Shown: piece after piece, positions 30,727 to 41,787 of the stretch | Position numbering within the stretch: position 1 is the stretch's first letter | Layout of the letters: each line of letters opens with the position of its first letter | DNA from: a virus | Lineage: Duplodnaviria > Caudoviricetes | Direction: 5' to 3' (one strand) | DNA: 64,000 bases | IMG/VR virus record: IMGVR_UViG_2524614764_000005 | Coordinates: 40,462 to 104,461 of that record | Notes under the pieces: generated by a model | Databases searched by the model: none | Told to the model about the DNA's origin: nothing | What the model saw: the letters and a program-made list of their open reading frames with translations, nothing else | Translations under genes and position numbers: made by a program

Positions 30727-31176
30727 ATGGAAAAGGTAATCATATACACTGATGGTGGTTGTAGAGGAAATCAAAATGATACAAATGTTGGTGGCTGGGG
30801 AGCTGTTTTAACATATAAAGGTAAAGAAATCGAATTGAAAGGCGGCAAACTAAACACAACAAACAATGTGATGGAACTGAGAGGTGCAATTGAAGCTTTA
30901 AAGCATATAAAGACAAATAACATACATATTGAAGTTTATGCTGACTCTACATACGTGGTTGATGGCATGAATAGCTGGGTGAAGAATTGGATTAAAAACA
31001 ATTGGCGTAAATCGAACAAGAAACCAGTTGAAAATAAGGAACTCTGGATGGAATTAAACGAGCTTGTTAAGAATCAAGCATCAGTCACATTCTTAAAAGT
31101 AAAAGGACATAGTGGAGATGTAGGGAATGAAAAGGCAGATGAGTTGGCCAACAAAGCAATGGATGAGCTTGAATAG
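30727..31176 (+). CDS. rnhA: Ribonuclease HI
   Basis: YTDGGC, TNNVMEL, DSTYV, KVKGH, NEKADELA. Confidence 0.95.
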   Translation: MEKVIIYTDGGCRGNQNDTNVGGWGAVLTYKGKEIELKGGKLNTTNNVMELRGAIEALKHIKTNNIHIEVYADSTYVVDGMNSWVKNWIKNNWRKSNKKPVENKELWMELNELVKNQASVTFLKVKGHSGDVGNEKADELANKAMDELE

Positions 31177-31213
31177 CAAATAAAAAATAAGCTTTCACAA
31201 AAAAAGAGGAGAT

Positions 31214-31480
31214 ATGGCTGTGGCAAACAGGATATATATTATAAGGATTGACGTTGCGTATGCAGGTGACTTTATTGTTATTCCCCATACTAGCAAAAAG
31301 AAAGCCATGCTAGATTTCTATGAACGAATTAAATGGTGGGAAGATAGCTTAAAGATAAGTTCGAAAAAGCTTTCGGAAACAAAAACAGAAATTGAAGTTG
31401 ACGTTAGAGATCCTATAAGCGAAGAAGGTGCAAGTCTGTATTTCAATGCAGTCCAATCTGGAGAAGAGCTGGTTTTGTAA
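31214..31480 (+). CDS. Hypothetical protein
   Basis: SD GAGGAG; 88 aa. Confidence 0.6.
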   Translation: MAVANRIYIIRIDVAYAGDFIVIPHTSKKKAMLDFYERIKWWEDSLKISSKKLSETKTEIEVDVRDPISEEGASLYFNAVQSGEELVL

Positions 31481-31522
31481 CAAAATAAAAGATAGTTTTT
31501 AAGGGGTTATGTAACGGAGAGA

Positions 31523-32335
31523 TCAAGCTCTCCATGATTCGAAGGATGGTATACGGAGTTTTCCGTTCTTGGTCTTATATCTGTGCTTAACCTTACATAT
31601 AATAGGTTCGATTAATACATAATCGCCAGATTCAGACTTTACTTGTTTCATAGCGTGGAATCTATTACGTTCTACAGATGGCATGAATTCCATAAGCCCA
31701 GCTGCAGTTCCATCAGGATAGGTTAGAAGAAACTTTATATCCTTTTTGGTGTAGCCAGTAATAAGAACTTCAGTGTAATCATAATTAATCACTTTAAGCC
31801 AATTATGAGAACGTTTATTGATTTGATAAAGGGAGTCAGCTTTCTTGAGTACGATTCCTTCTAAGTTCTTTTCTTTGGCCAAATTGAAATATGCAAGGCC
31901 GTTACCTGGAATTCCCCCGACAGTGCATATATTCGGATGATTTAGTTCAAGTAAGTTTAGTGCTGTCTTTCGTTCAGTGAGTGTCTTAGTTGCTATTGAC
32001 TTACCGTTTTTATAGATAACATCAAAAACACAGTAAACAATACTATGAGCAGTTTTATTGGACATAAAACGTTCCATCACAGCATCAAAATTAGGAGCGC
32101 CGTCTGGGGCAGCTACAATAACTTCACCATCGAGAACTGTTCCATTTGGGATATCTAAATCTAAAAGCTCAGGAAACTTATTTGTAACTTCATTATTGTG
32201 CCGAGTATAAAGCTTTATCTGATCATTAAACTTGGAAAGGATAAGCCTTAACCCATCAAATTTAAGCTCTGTAATGTACCTATCATCATCGAATGGTTCT
32301 CTAATTGAATGCAACAACATTGGCGATACAAACAA
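31523..32335 (-). CDS. ligB: ATP-dependent DNA ligase
   Basis: ELKFDG, LDGEV, EGIVLK, WLKV motifs; resembles SPbeta YoqV. Confidence 0.92.
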   Translation of the reverse strand: MFVSPMLLHSIREPFDDDRYITELKFDGLRLILSKFNDQIKLYTRHNNEVTNKFPELLDLDIPNGTVLDGEVIVAAPDGAPNFDAVMERFMSNKTAHSIVYCVFDVIYKNGKSIATKTLTERKTALNLLELNHPNICTVGGIPGNGLAYFNLAKEKNLEGIVLKKADSLYQINKRSHNWLKVINYDYTEVLITGYTKKDIKFLLTYPDGTAAGLMEFMPSVERNRFHAMKQVKSESGDYVLIEPIICKVKHRYKTKNGKLRIPSFESWRA

Positions 32336-32404
32336 AATATCACCTCCTACCTATTACATAATAACGAAGTGAAGGTGATATATAAAGCGAAAGAACAGTG
32401 GTAC

Positions 32405-33079
32405 TTAATGGGATTGTATGAGCTCTGGTGAATTGTTTTTAGGCGAGTTTACTAAAGATGAAACCTGGTATGCCTCCATGTCATGAGCAGCATAAGGTTT
32501 TAGCAAACTCTTTAGATAATCAGTGTCGGAATTTTTAGGGTTGAGCCATTCTTTTTCACTCCCCTGAGTCAGGATTACTGGCATACGATCATGAATATCT
32601 TCCATAAGCTCATTGGGCTTTGTCGTAATGATTGTGCAAGTGAATAACGTATTGCCATCTTGCGTGTTCCATTTTTCATATAATCCTGCAAAAGCAAAAA
32701 GGCTAGATGATTTAAGCTTAATCCGCATAGGAATTTTAGTCTTTGGATCGAGGCGTTTCCATTCATAAAAACTGTCAGCTGGTATGATACAACGTTTGTT
32801 TATGAGTGGTTTTCGAAAGCTAGGTTTTTCGGTTAATGTTTCAGAGCGGGCATTAATCATTTTATAACCAATTTTTTCGTCTTTAGCCCAAGGAGGGATA
32901 AGACCCCATCTTAGTTTGCCAAGACGGTTATTTGATCCATCGTTGATAACTGTCAGGATATTTTGAGAAGGAGCAATATTATAGCTCGGTTGATATTCAT
33001 CTTCGGGCAAGAACTCATCAATACTGAAATGCTTAATAATTTCATCAAATTCAGAGAATAAAGTAAATCTACCACACAT
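32405..33079 (-). CDS. yoqW: SRAP/YedK abasic-site protecting protein
   Basis: MCGRF start, INARSE, FYEW, IHDRMP. Confidence 0.95.
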   Translation of the reverse strand: MCGRFTLFSEFDEIIKHFSIDEFLPEDEYQPSYNIAPSQNILTVINDGSNNRLGKLRWGLIPPWAKDEKIGYKMINARSETLTEKPSFRKPLINKRCIIPADSFYEWKRLDPKTKIPMRIKLKSSSLFAFAGLYEKWNTQDGNTLFTCTIITTKPNELMEDIHDRMPVILTQGSEKEWLNPKNSDTDYLKSLLKPYAAHDMEAYQVSSLVNSPKNNSPELIQSH

Positions 33080-33154
33080 GTTCATCATCCTTTAGGAGTT
33101 TTGAACATTGTACAAGGTTGACAAGGGAAAATCAAAAAGATAGGTGGTGACGCA

Positions 33155-36100
33155 ATGTCCGTAATAGGAACAGAGCAAGTTCAAGTATATGTTGAAGGCG
33201 TATGGACACAACAACCTTTTAGTGAATTAAGCTGTGGCCAGGTATTCAAAATGTTGCATGAAGAAGGCATTGGAATTTATGCAGCAATTAGCGATGCATG
33301 GTACGACGAGCTGTATGAACAGTGGATGGTACATATTAAAGAAGATCACGGCGGATTAATTAAAAAATAACATATATATGAGGTGTTTATTTGAGGGTTT
33401 TGGTCAGAGACATAAAGTACCTTATGAAGGCAGGAGTATTAAAGCAGCCTTTGGCAGGACTAATCTTTGTAAATTTGTTTATTTATCTCTTATCCAAAAG
33501 TAATGGCAATGGTGAATTCGTGAATATGGAATTCTTATCGGGATTGATAAATATATCATTCATTACAGCAGGTGTTATAGGTTATATAAAGTATTGGAAA
33601 CCGATGATTCAAGAAGAAATTGATGCGGTCGAATTAGAAATTACAAATAACAAAAAGTTGATGAGGCATGTCAGATTAAGAAGAAAATTCGATAAGTAAG
33701 GATAAAACAGAGATTTCATATAGATTGAGGAGGATTGAAATGGACTATTTTTATGAGGAAGAATTTTATAATGAGCCAAATGAGTTTGAAAAACAAATCA
33801 ATGAATTTAAGGAAAGTTTGTTGAAATCAGTAAAACAAGAATATTTGAGTGAAATGGAGCAACTGAAGAAGGAAAATAAAGAACTCCAAGTAGTAAGAGA
33901 GAATTTAGATACTATTGAAAAAGAATACAAAGAGAAATCAAGAAGGTTAGACAGGGAACGCCACAACATGGAAATGGAGTTGAAAAACAAAAGACTCTCA
34001 GAACTTATGAATGGTTCTGAAGTTATTATGTACAAAGCTTACCCATCAGAAGTAGCCCAAGATAAGTGTTCTCAGTGTAATGAAAATAGGCAAATAGAAT
34101 ATGTTACGCCACTTGGCAATAAAGCATTTGAAAAAAAAAGAGTTTATGTCCCAGAAGAATACATGCGCTATTCTTTTTCACTTGTGAACTCAGGTGGCCG
34201 TCGATATGTAAATGCTTTTTACAGAAAGAACGGAAGTGATCGTGATGAGTACTTCTCTTATGATGATAAAATTCGAGCCGAAAATATTTATAGCTTAGAG
34301 ATGAAGTTTGATCAATTGAATAGTTATAATACGTTTTTCAAAACTGTTGATGAGTGTCAAAGCTATTGTGATTTTTTAAATAAAACTCAATAAAAGTAAT
34401 TTTTTATTCAGTTTAAAAGGAGCGAGGGAATGTCCAACAACGAACAAATCAAGCGATTGAATGATATAAACGAGCTGATCAAGCTCATTGCAACCATAGA
34501 TAGACGTACTTTCTACTGTAAATCAAAGGATCGGATAGCGTATTTCAGATTTAAGAAAAAACTGTTCTTCGTCGATGATTACACAGGCGATGATGTTTAC
34601 CCGTATGAATTGGGGTACGGTCGAGCAAACGGATTTTCACACGGAGGGAACATGTGGGAGCTGGTCAACAGTTTTAGGAAATTTATCATCACTGGTAAAT
34701 GTGGTGCTCTCAGAGATTACAAGGAGATCTGGGCGTATAGTCGTGAAGGCTGTGAAAGGATTCGGCAGAAGGCAAAGGAAATCGGTTTTATCAAAACAGT
34801 AGACTACCCATACAGTTTCAGAGAATGGCAGAAAGCAAAATAATGGTATAGGGGGAAATGGCATGAAAGAAGCTATTCAATTTCTAAAAGAATTGCAACA
34901 AGAATTGAAAACACAGGATGTTGATTGTCAGGCTGCACCACGATTTTGGGTCGTAGGTGACTATGAGTGGGTTGAAGCAAATGAAGGAAACGCTGAGCGA
35001 TATTCTGTGCACTTACCTAATGCAGCAGAATCTTATCCTGTTAAAGATTACATCGAAAGTGCAAAAGAAGACGGTGAATTCAGTGATGAACAATTAAAGG
35101 AACTGGATGAATGCCAAAATGACTACGATGAAATTTTAAAATGGATACAAAAATACGAAGATGAAGGTGCGGAACTCTTTCCTGAGAAAAAAGTACATAT
35201 AAAAAAAGACAACACATTCTTTATTACAAAAAAAGAAGCCAAAAAACATATTAAGGCGAACAGTCATCATTACACTAGTGAAGCGCACACTTACGCAATG
35301 ACAGCATGGAGAGCGGCAAAAGTCGCTAAGTTGTGGGAGTTACTAAAAGAATTTGATTGGGATAGTGTGGAGATTAAAAAGGAGGAAGTGATGTGAGCCT
35401 CAATATTAATATGCAAAGGTGGTCTGAGCGATTTTACCAAAGGAAAATGGACATGGAGCCTATAGAGAAATATTTAAAAATGATACAGAAGGAAAAAGAA
35501 CAAACTTTTCAAAAGCGATACGACTACCATATCTCACAAAAATATGAAGCGATGGCAGGTTTTTATGATGGATGGAGCAGCAGTACAGATGCCCGAAATC
35601 ATCATGCATTAAGTGCAAGCCTAGTTTATCAAGATGCATTAACCGAAGGTATTAGGTTGAAAGCGGAGGGTGACTGATGGCAAAGGTATTGTTGAATCAA
35701 ACACTCTATCAATGTGAACTTTGTGGGAAACGGCTTCTCACACCGCATGGTGCTAAGTTACACGAAACTAAGTATTGTTCAGTTGTTATACAGAGAGAAG
35801 CAATGATTGAACGTAAGAAACGTCAGGAGTTCTGTGAACACAAACATATGGAAATGAGCTATATTACGCCATTGGGAGAAGATCATTTGCAGATACCCGA
35901 CTTTAAATGCTGTGCAGACTGCGGCATGACAGAAATGGATATTGAGAAGAAAAACAAGGGGGAATTAGAGTGAACGAAACATTTCCATGTATTCAATGTG
36001 GAAAAGTAACAACTAAAGATATTGAGTTTTGCTGTGATGGTTATGAGTGTGGATGTCAAGGTCTTCCTATCCACCCACCAACATGTTGTAAGGAATGTGA

Positions 36101-37881
36101 TGAAAAATTCTTTGGCGGAGGTGAAAATAAATAAAGAAAATTGAAAAATCATTATTTGAATCAGTAGACATAGTAAAGAAAACTAATATAACCATGAAAA
36201 ACTGGAAAAGACAACATTTCATACTTACATTACTTAATTTAAGCGCACTTGCTGTTATAGGCACCCTAATTATCATACATAACTTCAAATAAAAACAACC
36301 TTTTAACGAAAGTGAGGAATTTAATGTTAAGCGAATTAAAACAGTCCACATTAAACAAACAAGCTGATCTAGATTACTTATTCAATGCGTACTCAATCAT
36401 TCTTCAAGAAAAAGATAATGTTTTAAGTAATCTAAATACATACTTAGCAAGTCTGACCATTGCCCAAAAGAATTTATTTAATGTTTTAGACAAGGAAGCA
36501 AAGAGTAAGTTTTCAATAGATATTAGACAGCGAGTTTTGCAGCTACTTAATGACTATGTGGCAAACATATACGATGGATGTAGTGTCAAAATATCTGCTG
36601 TAAACTTAAACCCCTTCGCAATTATCACCGATAAAGGCAGCGTTATTAGAGTAAATTGGGAATCAAAAACATACGGCCGAACAGTTGAATGGTCTTCAGA
36701 AAAGTATTACGAGAGAGTGAATCAAGACCTTGAAAGTGGAATTCGAGAGTCTAAAGCTGCTATTAACCGGTACACCGAAGTTTTAAAAAGACCTTTAATT
36801 GGACTTTTAAAAGATAACAATCGATTTATCAAGAATCCAATTTGTTATATAGCAAAACAGTGTTCTACCTTGCTGGTTCATCCATTTAAAAAGAAAGAAT
36901 ACATAAATATACTTACACAATTGATTAAAAACTATGAAGATGGAATTAAATCTAGTCACAAAGAAATCAAAAGGAATCAAGAGAAATGGAAAAAAAAACG
37001 AGAGTTAAAGCCTGAAATAGACAAGATATTTAAAGTTTGGGAAGAACATTTAAAAGGGCTGGGTTTTAGAGAGATTAAGTCTAACTCACCTGAACTTTAT
37101 TAGGAGGAGAAGTGTTGAACGCTGAAGCATTAATTAACAAATTACAAGCAGATAATAAACTATTGAGAATCGAAAATGAAAAACTGAAACAACTTCTAAG
37201 CAATATTGAACATCGTGGAATGGAAAATGATATCAAATTAAAAAGAAAACAAATTTATTGAGGGGGAATTATATTGACTAAAATTAAGTTTAAGACTGAA
37301 CGTAAGGAGGCTGAATGCGAATGAGTAGTGTTCTTAGAGATACAATTGAAGGTCACAAAGAAACGGCCAAAGCAATTCAGTCGTTTATGTGGGAAGGGAA
37401 GCCATTTAAAAGTAGCAAAAAGGAACGGACAACGGAAGAATTAGAGGAGTTTTTGGAGATGATTCGAAGAAGTTCTTCTAGATTGTACGATGATGGGGCA
37501 AGTGAGTTAGGTTGGAAATAGGAAGGAGTTAATTAAATGAAACCTAAAATTACAAAAGAGCAGGCGAAAGCGATTGAGGTTCTACGGAGTGTTCATAACG
37601 ATAGTAGAATACTAGAAATGTACGTTGAAGACAGTGTCGGACATAATTGTGCCTCTATACGTGATCTTAATCTAATTGAACTCGCCACTGCTTTAATTAA
37701 CGGATATGAAGTTGAAAAGTTGCCTGAGGAAAAGGTTCGGGAATTTTACGATTATAATCACGCAAAACATGAGCAATCGGAGGCATTAAGTCCAGAGGAT
37801 CATTACACCGCAGGAACAGAATGGGGAATCAGACACACGCTGTGTCTATTGGACATCAAAATCGAAGGGATAAGCACATGA
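33155..37881 (+). other. Cluster of hypothetical early genes (33155-33370, 33391-33699, 33740-34393, 34430-34843, 34863-35396, 35393-35677, 35677-35973 Zn-finger, 36193-36292, 36324-37103, 37315-37521, 37537-37881 DUF1642-like)
   Basis: Co-oriented ORFs with SDs. Confidence 0.7.
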
Positions 37882-38591
37882 AATACGATAAAACATTCGT
37901 TTTAAGTGATATACACGGTGAATTGGCAAAGTTTAAGGAGCTGCTCCAGTATTGGAAACCGAATGAAGAAAACCTGGTTATCCTTGGTGATCTAATTGAT
38001 AGAGGTGAACACTCTCTAGAGGTCGTCCAACTGGCTATGGATCTAAAGAACACATACAATGAGCAGGTTGTTGTGTTAAAAGGAAATCACGAAGACATGC
38101 TTTCGATTTTCTTATCTGAAAAAGACTATCAAACAGGAGATTGGTATTTTAATAATGGTGGGAATAGAACATGCGAAAGCTTCACGCAGTATAGTTTCCC
38201 ATTGTATTTCCACAGTTATGAAGAGAGAGCTAATAAGATGCTGCAAGTGTCTAACAAGGAAATTCAATTCCTTAAGCAGTTGCCTCTGCATTATGAATTT
38301 GGAGATATGCTTTTTGTACATGCAGGGATTAATCCTCATTTAAACGATTGGAGAAAATCAGTTGAGAAAGATTTCCTGTGGACTAGAGGTCATTGGAACC
38401 ATCCAAATGAAACAGGGAAGGCAGTCATTTTTGGCCATACTCCAGTTAGACATATTCATGATAGTGATGAAGTATGGGTTAGTAAATGCAAGTCTTACAT
38501 AGGCATTGATGGTGGAGCAGTTTTTAAGGGTCAACTAAACGGCATTGTGATTGATAAAAAAGGACAGATTTTAGAAAAATATAAAGTGTAG
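37878..38591 (+). CDS. PPP-family Ser/Thr protein phosphatase
   Basis: SDIHG, GDLIDRG, GNHE, VHAG, FGHTP, IDGG. Confidence 0.9.
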   Translation: MKYDKTFVLSDIHGELAKFKELLQYWKPNEENLVILGDLIDRGEHSLEVVQLAMDLKNTYNEQVVVLKGNHEDMLSIFLSEKDYQTGDWYFNNGGNRTCESFTQYSFPLYFHSYEERANKMLQVSNKEIQFLKQLPLHYEFGDMLFVHAGINPHLNDWRKSVEKDFLWTRGHWNHPNETGKAVIFGHTPVRHIHDSDEVWVSKCKSYIGIDGGAVFKGQLNGIVIDKKGQILEKYKV

Positions 38592-38601
38592 GGGTGGAAA
38601 A

Positions 38602-38994
38602 ATGACAGTTGTTTTAAGTCCAGAGATTCATGACGCAGTAGATTTCTTTAAGAAAAATCTTGGATATTCAGATAAGCATCTTTACTTGGGGTTAGTTCAA
38701 TTTGATGTAATGAAAGATAAGAACCATGAGTTTGCGGATGTGATTTACAATTTCTATAAAGAAAAGCCTGAAAGCTTTATTGCAGCTTTTAAGCATGGAT
38801 ATGTGGTCGAGCGACCAATCGAGTTCAACCAGGCTATTGTTAGATTCTTCAACAAGGAAGAATTAAGCGTCAAACATAAAAATACAGGTAAGCGTTATAA
38901 AGTTCATCTGGAGATGAAGAAATATCCTGCAGGTTTTGAACTGAGAACGTTGGACATGTGGAATTGGAGTGAGGTTACAGCAAGTAATGAATAA
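38602..38994 (+). CDS. Hypothetical protein
   Basis: 130-aa ORF in the operon. Confidence 0.6.
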   Translation: MTVVLSPEIHDAVDFFKKNLGYSDKHLYLGLVQFDVMKDKNHEFADVIYNFYKEKPESFIAAFKHGYVVERPIEFNQAIVRFFNKEELSVKHKNTGKRYKVHLEMKKYPAGFELRTLDMWNWSEVTASNE

Positions 38995-39559
38995 ACTAAT
39001 AGTGTTATCAGGTCATAGCGGTGGCGGTAAAACATCCTTAATGCGTCAAATCATGAAAAATGAAGTTGTATCATTTACTACGAGGTCACCAAGAAAAGGT
39101 GAAATTGATGGCGTGGACTATAAATTTATTAGCCTTGAGAAATTCAAGGAGTTAAAGGAACAGGGCAAGCTAATCGAACAAGTTGAATACAGTGGACATT
39201 ATTATGGAATTGATCAAGAAGAATTTGAAAATAAGATGAGTTTAGGAAATGCATTTGTTATTGTTGATTATCATGGAATGCAGCAGATCAAAAAGTTCTA
39301 TTCTAATTGCGTTACCTTGTTTTTATACACTTCTTACGACCAAGCATACAAGCAAATGGTTGAGAGAGGAGATGCATTAGAAAAGGTTGAACAAAGGTTG
39401 AGCACATATCACGAAGAGATTGGGAATAGAAAGAATTATGACTATGTAATAAGAAACAATAATAGCATGTTTAGTGTAACAAAAGAAATTATTGAAAAAA
39501 TTTTAGAGTCAGAACATCTAAAATTAGATGAAAGTGGACGTATAAACAAAATAGAATAG
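38987..39559 (+). CDS. gmk: Guanylate kinase
   Basis: SGHSGGGKTS, TTRSPRKGEIDGVDYKF, YYG. Confidence 0.9.
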   Translation: MNKLIVLSGHSGGGKTSLMRQIMKNEVVSFTTRSPRKGEIDGVDYKFISLEKFKELKEQGKLIEQVEYSGHYYGIDQEEFENKMSLGNAFVIVDYHGMQQIKKFYSNCVTLFLYTSYDQAYKQMVERGDALEKVEQRLSTYHEEIGNRKNYDYVIRNNNSMFSVTKEIIEKILESEHLKLDESGRINKIE

Positions 39560-39688
39560 CTTAATTTATCTTGTCCTAGAAAAAACAGGTTCATTACCAA
39601 CTAAGCTAAGAGACAAACAACCAAAAAATGTATTGCATTTTTCTTTCGGTTTAGTGAAAAGTATACACAAATCGAAAGGAGGATAAAA

Positions 39689-41299
39689 ATGTCTTGCATT
39701 GAAATAATGAAGGAGATTAACGGTATTTTGCAACAAGGAATAATAAACAGAATAGTTACAAATGATTCTGTAAACGTCCAGACTAATTTGATTGAATGGT
39801 TTAAAAAAGCTAGTTATGAAGAGGTTAGAAGAGAAGTCGCTAGAGGTTTTAAATTAAACTTTACCTTACCAATAGTAGGAGAACTAACTCCATTTGATTT
39901 TGGGGCAAGCGATAGTGAACAAAAATTTAATGAATTAAAAAGTTATATAAATCAAGGGAAAGTTACTAGAATGAGCATAGCCAGCACACGCAACTTTTTA
40001 AGTGAGAATATTGATGCAAACACAGTTGCAGCTTGGGAACGGTCAATAGCTAGAGCAATGAGTGTATGCACATTGGAGCAATTGACGACTATTCAAACTA
40101 ATGCTTCAGATACAGGTACTTCAGATACAGGTACTTCTGATGGGGACACACATCAACCTCCACCGCCACCTTTTAATTATGGGCTAAGATATACGATTGA
40201 CAACTCAGATGGAAATACTGTAATAAAGATTTTATATCATCCACAAAACAGAAATGATACTTACCCTAAAGTTGAATCATTCTCGGTGATTGGTGGAGAG
40301 TGCATACAAGGAGCTCTTACAGCAGGAGAAAGTATAGATAATGAAAAAACAATAATATTAAAACAAACCTCATCCGATAGTGCACTATTGTTAATATCAA
40401 CTGATAAACAGGATCTAGATATTAAATTTTCAACAAATGTATTGAATACGCTTTTGATGAAAATTTTCGTATACAAGATACCAATTAATCCTTTTCAACA
40501 TATATATACGCAAAAAGTTCCTGAAGGTTATAAAATTATTGGAGCTGGATTTAATTTAGGTTTTGGTAATGGAAATGTCGCCAATAAACCTAATATTATT
40601 CCAACATCGTCATATCCATTGAGCAATAATGAATGGTCAGTAAAATTTTCAAGTAAAATTGAAAATCAAAGCGAGCAAAATCTATTTTTAGCATTAACGA
40701 CAGTATATGACCCACATAACACTTGGGATATTAAAATTTTTAGCAATAAACAAAGGAATGTTAGCAAAGTGAGTAGTTCCCCTAATGAAGATTTCATATT
40801 AGTTGGAGGAGGATGTAATTTTAATGTTATAGGGGCAAATGATTCATCTGATTATTTTAATATGGAAGACTTTAGAGTGGGATTAAGGTCACTTTATCCA
40901 AAAAACTCAAGTACATGGGAAGTTAGTCTTGGCGAGTCTGATATTCAAAGAGTGGGGAACTGGGAGTTAACATGTTATTCAATAGGAATAAAAAACAATG
41001 GTAATATTGAAAACTTTGTAAAGCAAGAGAACTCTAAAAATAATGCCTATCTTTCAGATGGTATTTATTACACAAGCTCCGGTGGGGGTGTTTTAAATGA
41101 AGCTGATAGAAATAAATCTATATCCGTAAACATTCATTATTTCAAATCAATTGGTGGTGGAACAGCAACAGATCAATCGACTCCAATAGGATGGTTCTGC
41201 AGTTCTAGCAATGGTATGCTTTCAAGTGAGTTAAACACATACGCTCTTGGTATAAGACATTCAGGTATTCAATTTTTACCGATTGAGTTCAAATATTAA
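39689..41299 (+). CDS. Moron-like 536-aa protein of unknown function with a triplicated C-terminal beta-rich motif
   Basis: Own SD AAAGGAGG and strong terminator; Ser/Thr/Pro linker; repeats VPEGYKIIGAG, PNEDFILVGGG, YYTSSGGG. Confidence 0.7.
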   Translation: MSCIEIMKEINGILQQGIINRIVTNDSVNVQTNLIEWFKKASYEEVRREVARGFKLNFTLPIVGELTPFDFGASDSEQKFNELKSYINQGKVTRMSIASTRNFLSENIDANTVAAWERSIARAMSVCTLEQLTTIQTNASDTGTSDTGTSDGDTHQPPPPPFNYGLRYTIDNSDGNTVIKILYHPQNRNDTYPKVESFSVIGGECIQGALTAGESIDNEKTIILKQTSSDSALLLISTDKQDLDIKFSTNVLNTLLMKIFVYKIPINPFQHIYTQKVPEGYKIIGAGFNLGFGNGNVANKPNIIPTSSYPLSNNEWSVKFSSKIENQSEQNLFLALTTVYDPHNTWDIKIFSNKQRNVSKVSSSPNEDFILVGGGCNFNVIGANDSSDYFNMEDFRVGLRSLYPKNSSTWEVSLGESDIQRVGNWELTCYSIGIKNNGNIENFVKQENSKNNAYLSDGIYYTSSGGGVLNEADRNKSISVNIHYFKSIGGGTATDQSTPIGWFCSSSNGMLSSELNTYALGIRHSGIQFLPIEFKY

Positions 41300-41307
41300 A
41301 AACACAA

Positions 41308-41344
41308 AAAGTTAGCAGCAGTGTACTCATCTGCTGCTAACTTT
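41308..41344 (+). terminator. Strong hairpin terminator
   Basis: AAAGTTAGCAGCAG...CTGCTGCTAACTTT. Confidence 0.85.
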
Positions 41345-41389
41345 AGAATAAAACTGTCATTTTAATTTAAAAATAACATACAAAAAGTA

Positions 41390-41418
41390 TTGACTAAAAT
41401 ACAAATTACATATATTAT
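41390..41418 (+). promoter_or_regulatory. SPBRE sigma-A promoter of the replication operon
   Basis: TTGACT-AAAATACAAATTACATA-TATTAT. Confidence 0.85.
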
Positions 41419-41447
41419 AGAGTTACAGTTAAAGAGGAGGTGAGCAT

Positions 41448-41759
41448 ATGAAGCTATTGAAAGTAAGTAAAACAGCTGCTGATACATACAGAAAGACAGT
41501 TAAAGGACGAAGTAAATTCTCTGACGAGAAGATTCAAAAGAAACTTAATCGACACATTATCTGCTTAAAGGAAAGAGAGCCTGATAGAATTATTAAACAA
41601 GGGCTGCTGGGCAAGGTTTATCTTTATGGCAATTTAATGATTAAAGTGCGGTGGGGAAAGATTGTAGAAGTTATTAATCTGCCTCACAAACTAAGAATCG
41701 AAAAACGCTTAGAGGATAGTGTATTCCAGGCAATTGAAAACCAATTAAATAACAAATAA
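41448..41759 (+). CDS. Hypothetical basic protein (YorE position)
   Basis: SD GAGGAGGTG. Confidence 0.65.
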   Translation: MKLLKVSKTAADTYRKTVKGRSKFSDEKIQKKLNRHIICLKEREPDRIIKQGLLGKVYLYGNLMIKVRWGKIVEVINLPHKLRIEKRLEDSVFQAIENQLNNK

Positions 41760-41787
41760 CATACATAAAGGAGATTTAACTATACTT

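Noticed and set aside
34060-34150. Possible in-frame loss of a second Cys pair or slippage at the A-run in ORF 33740-34393
   Set aside because: The frame is intact; this cannot be supported without a homolog alignment.
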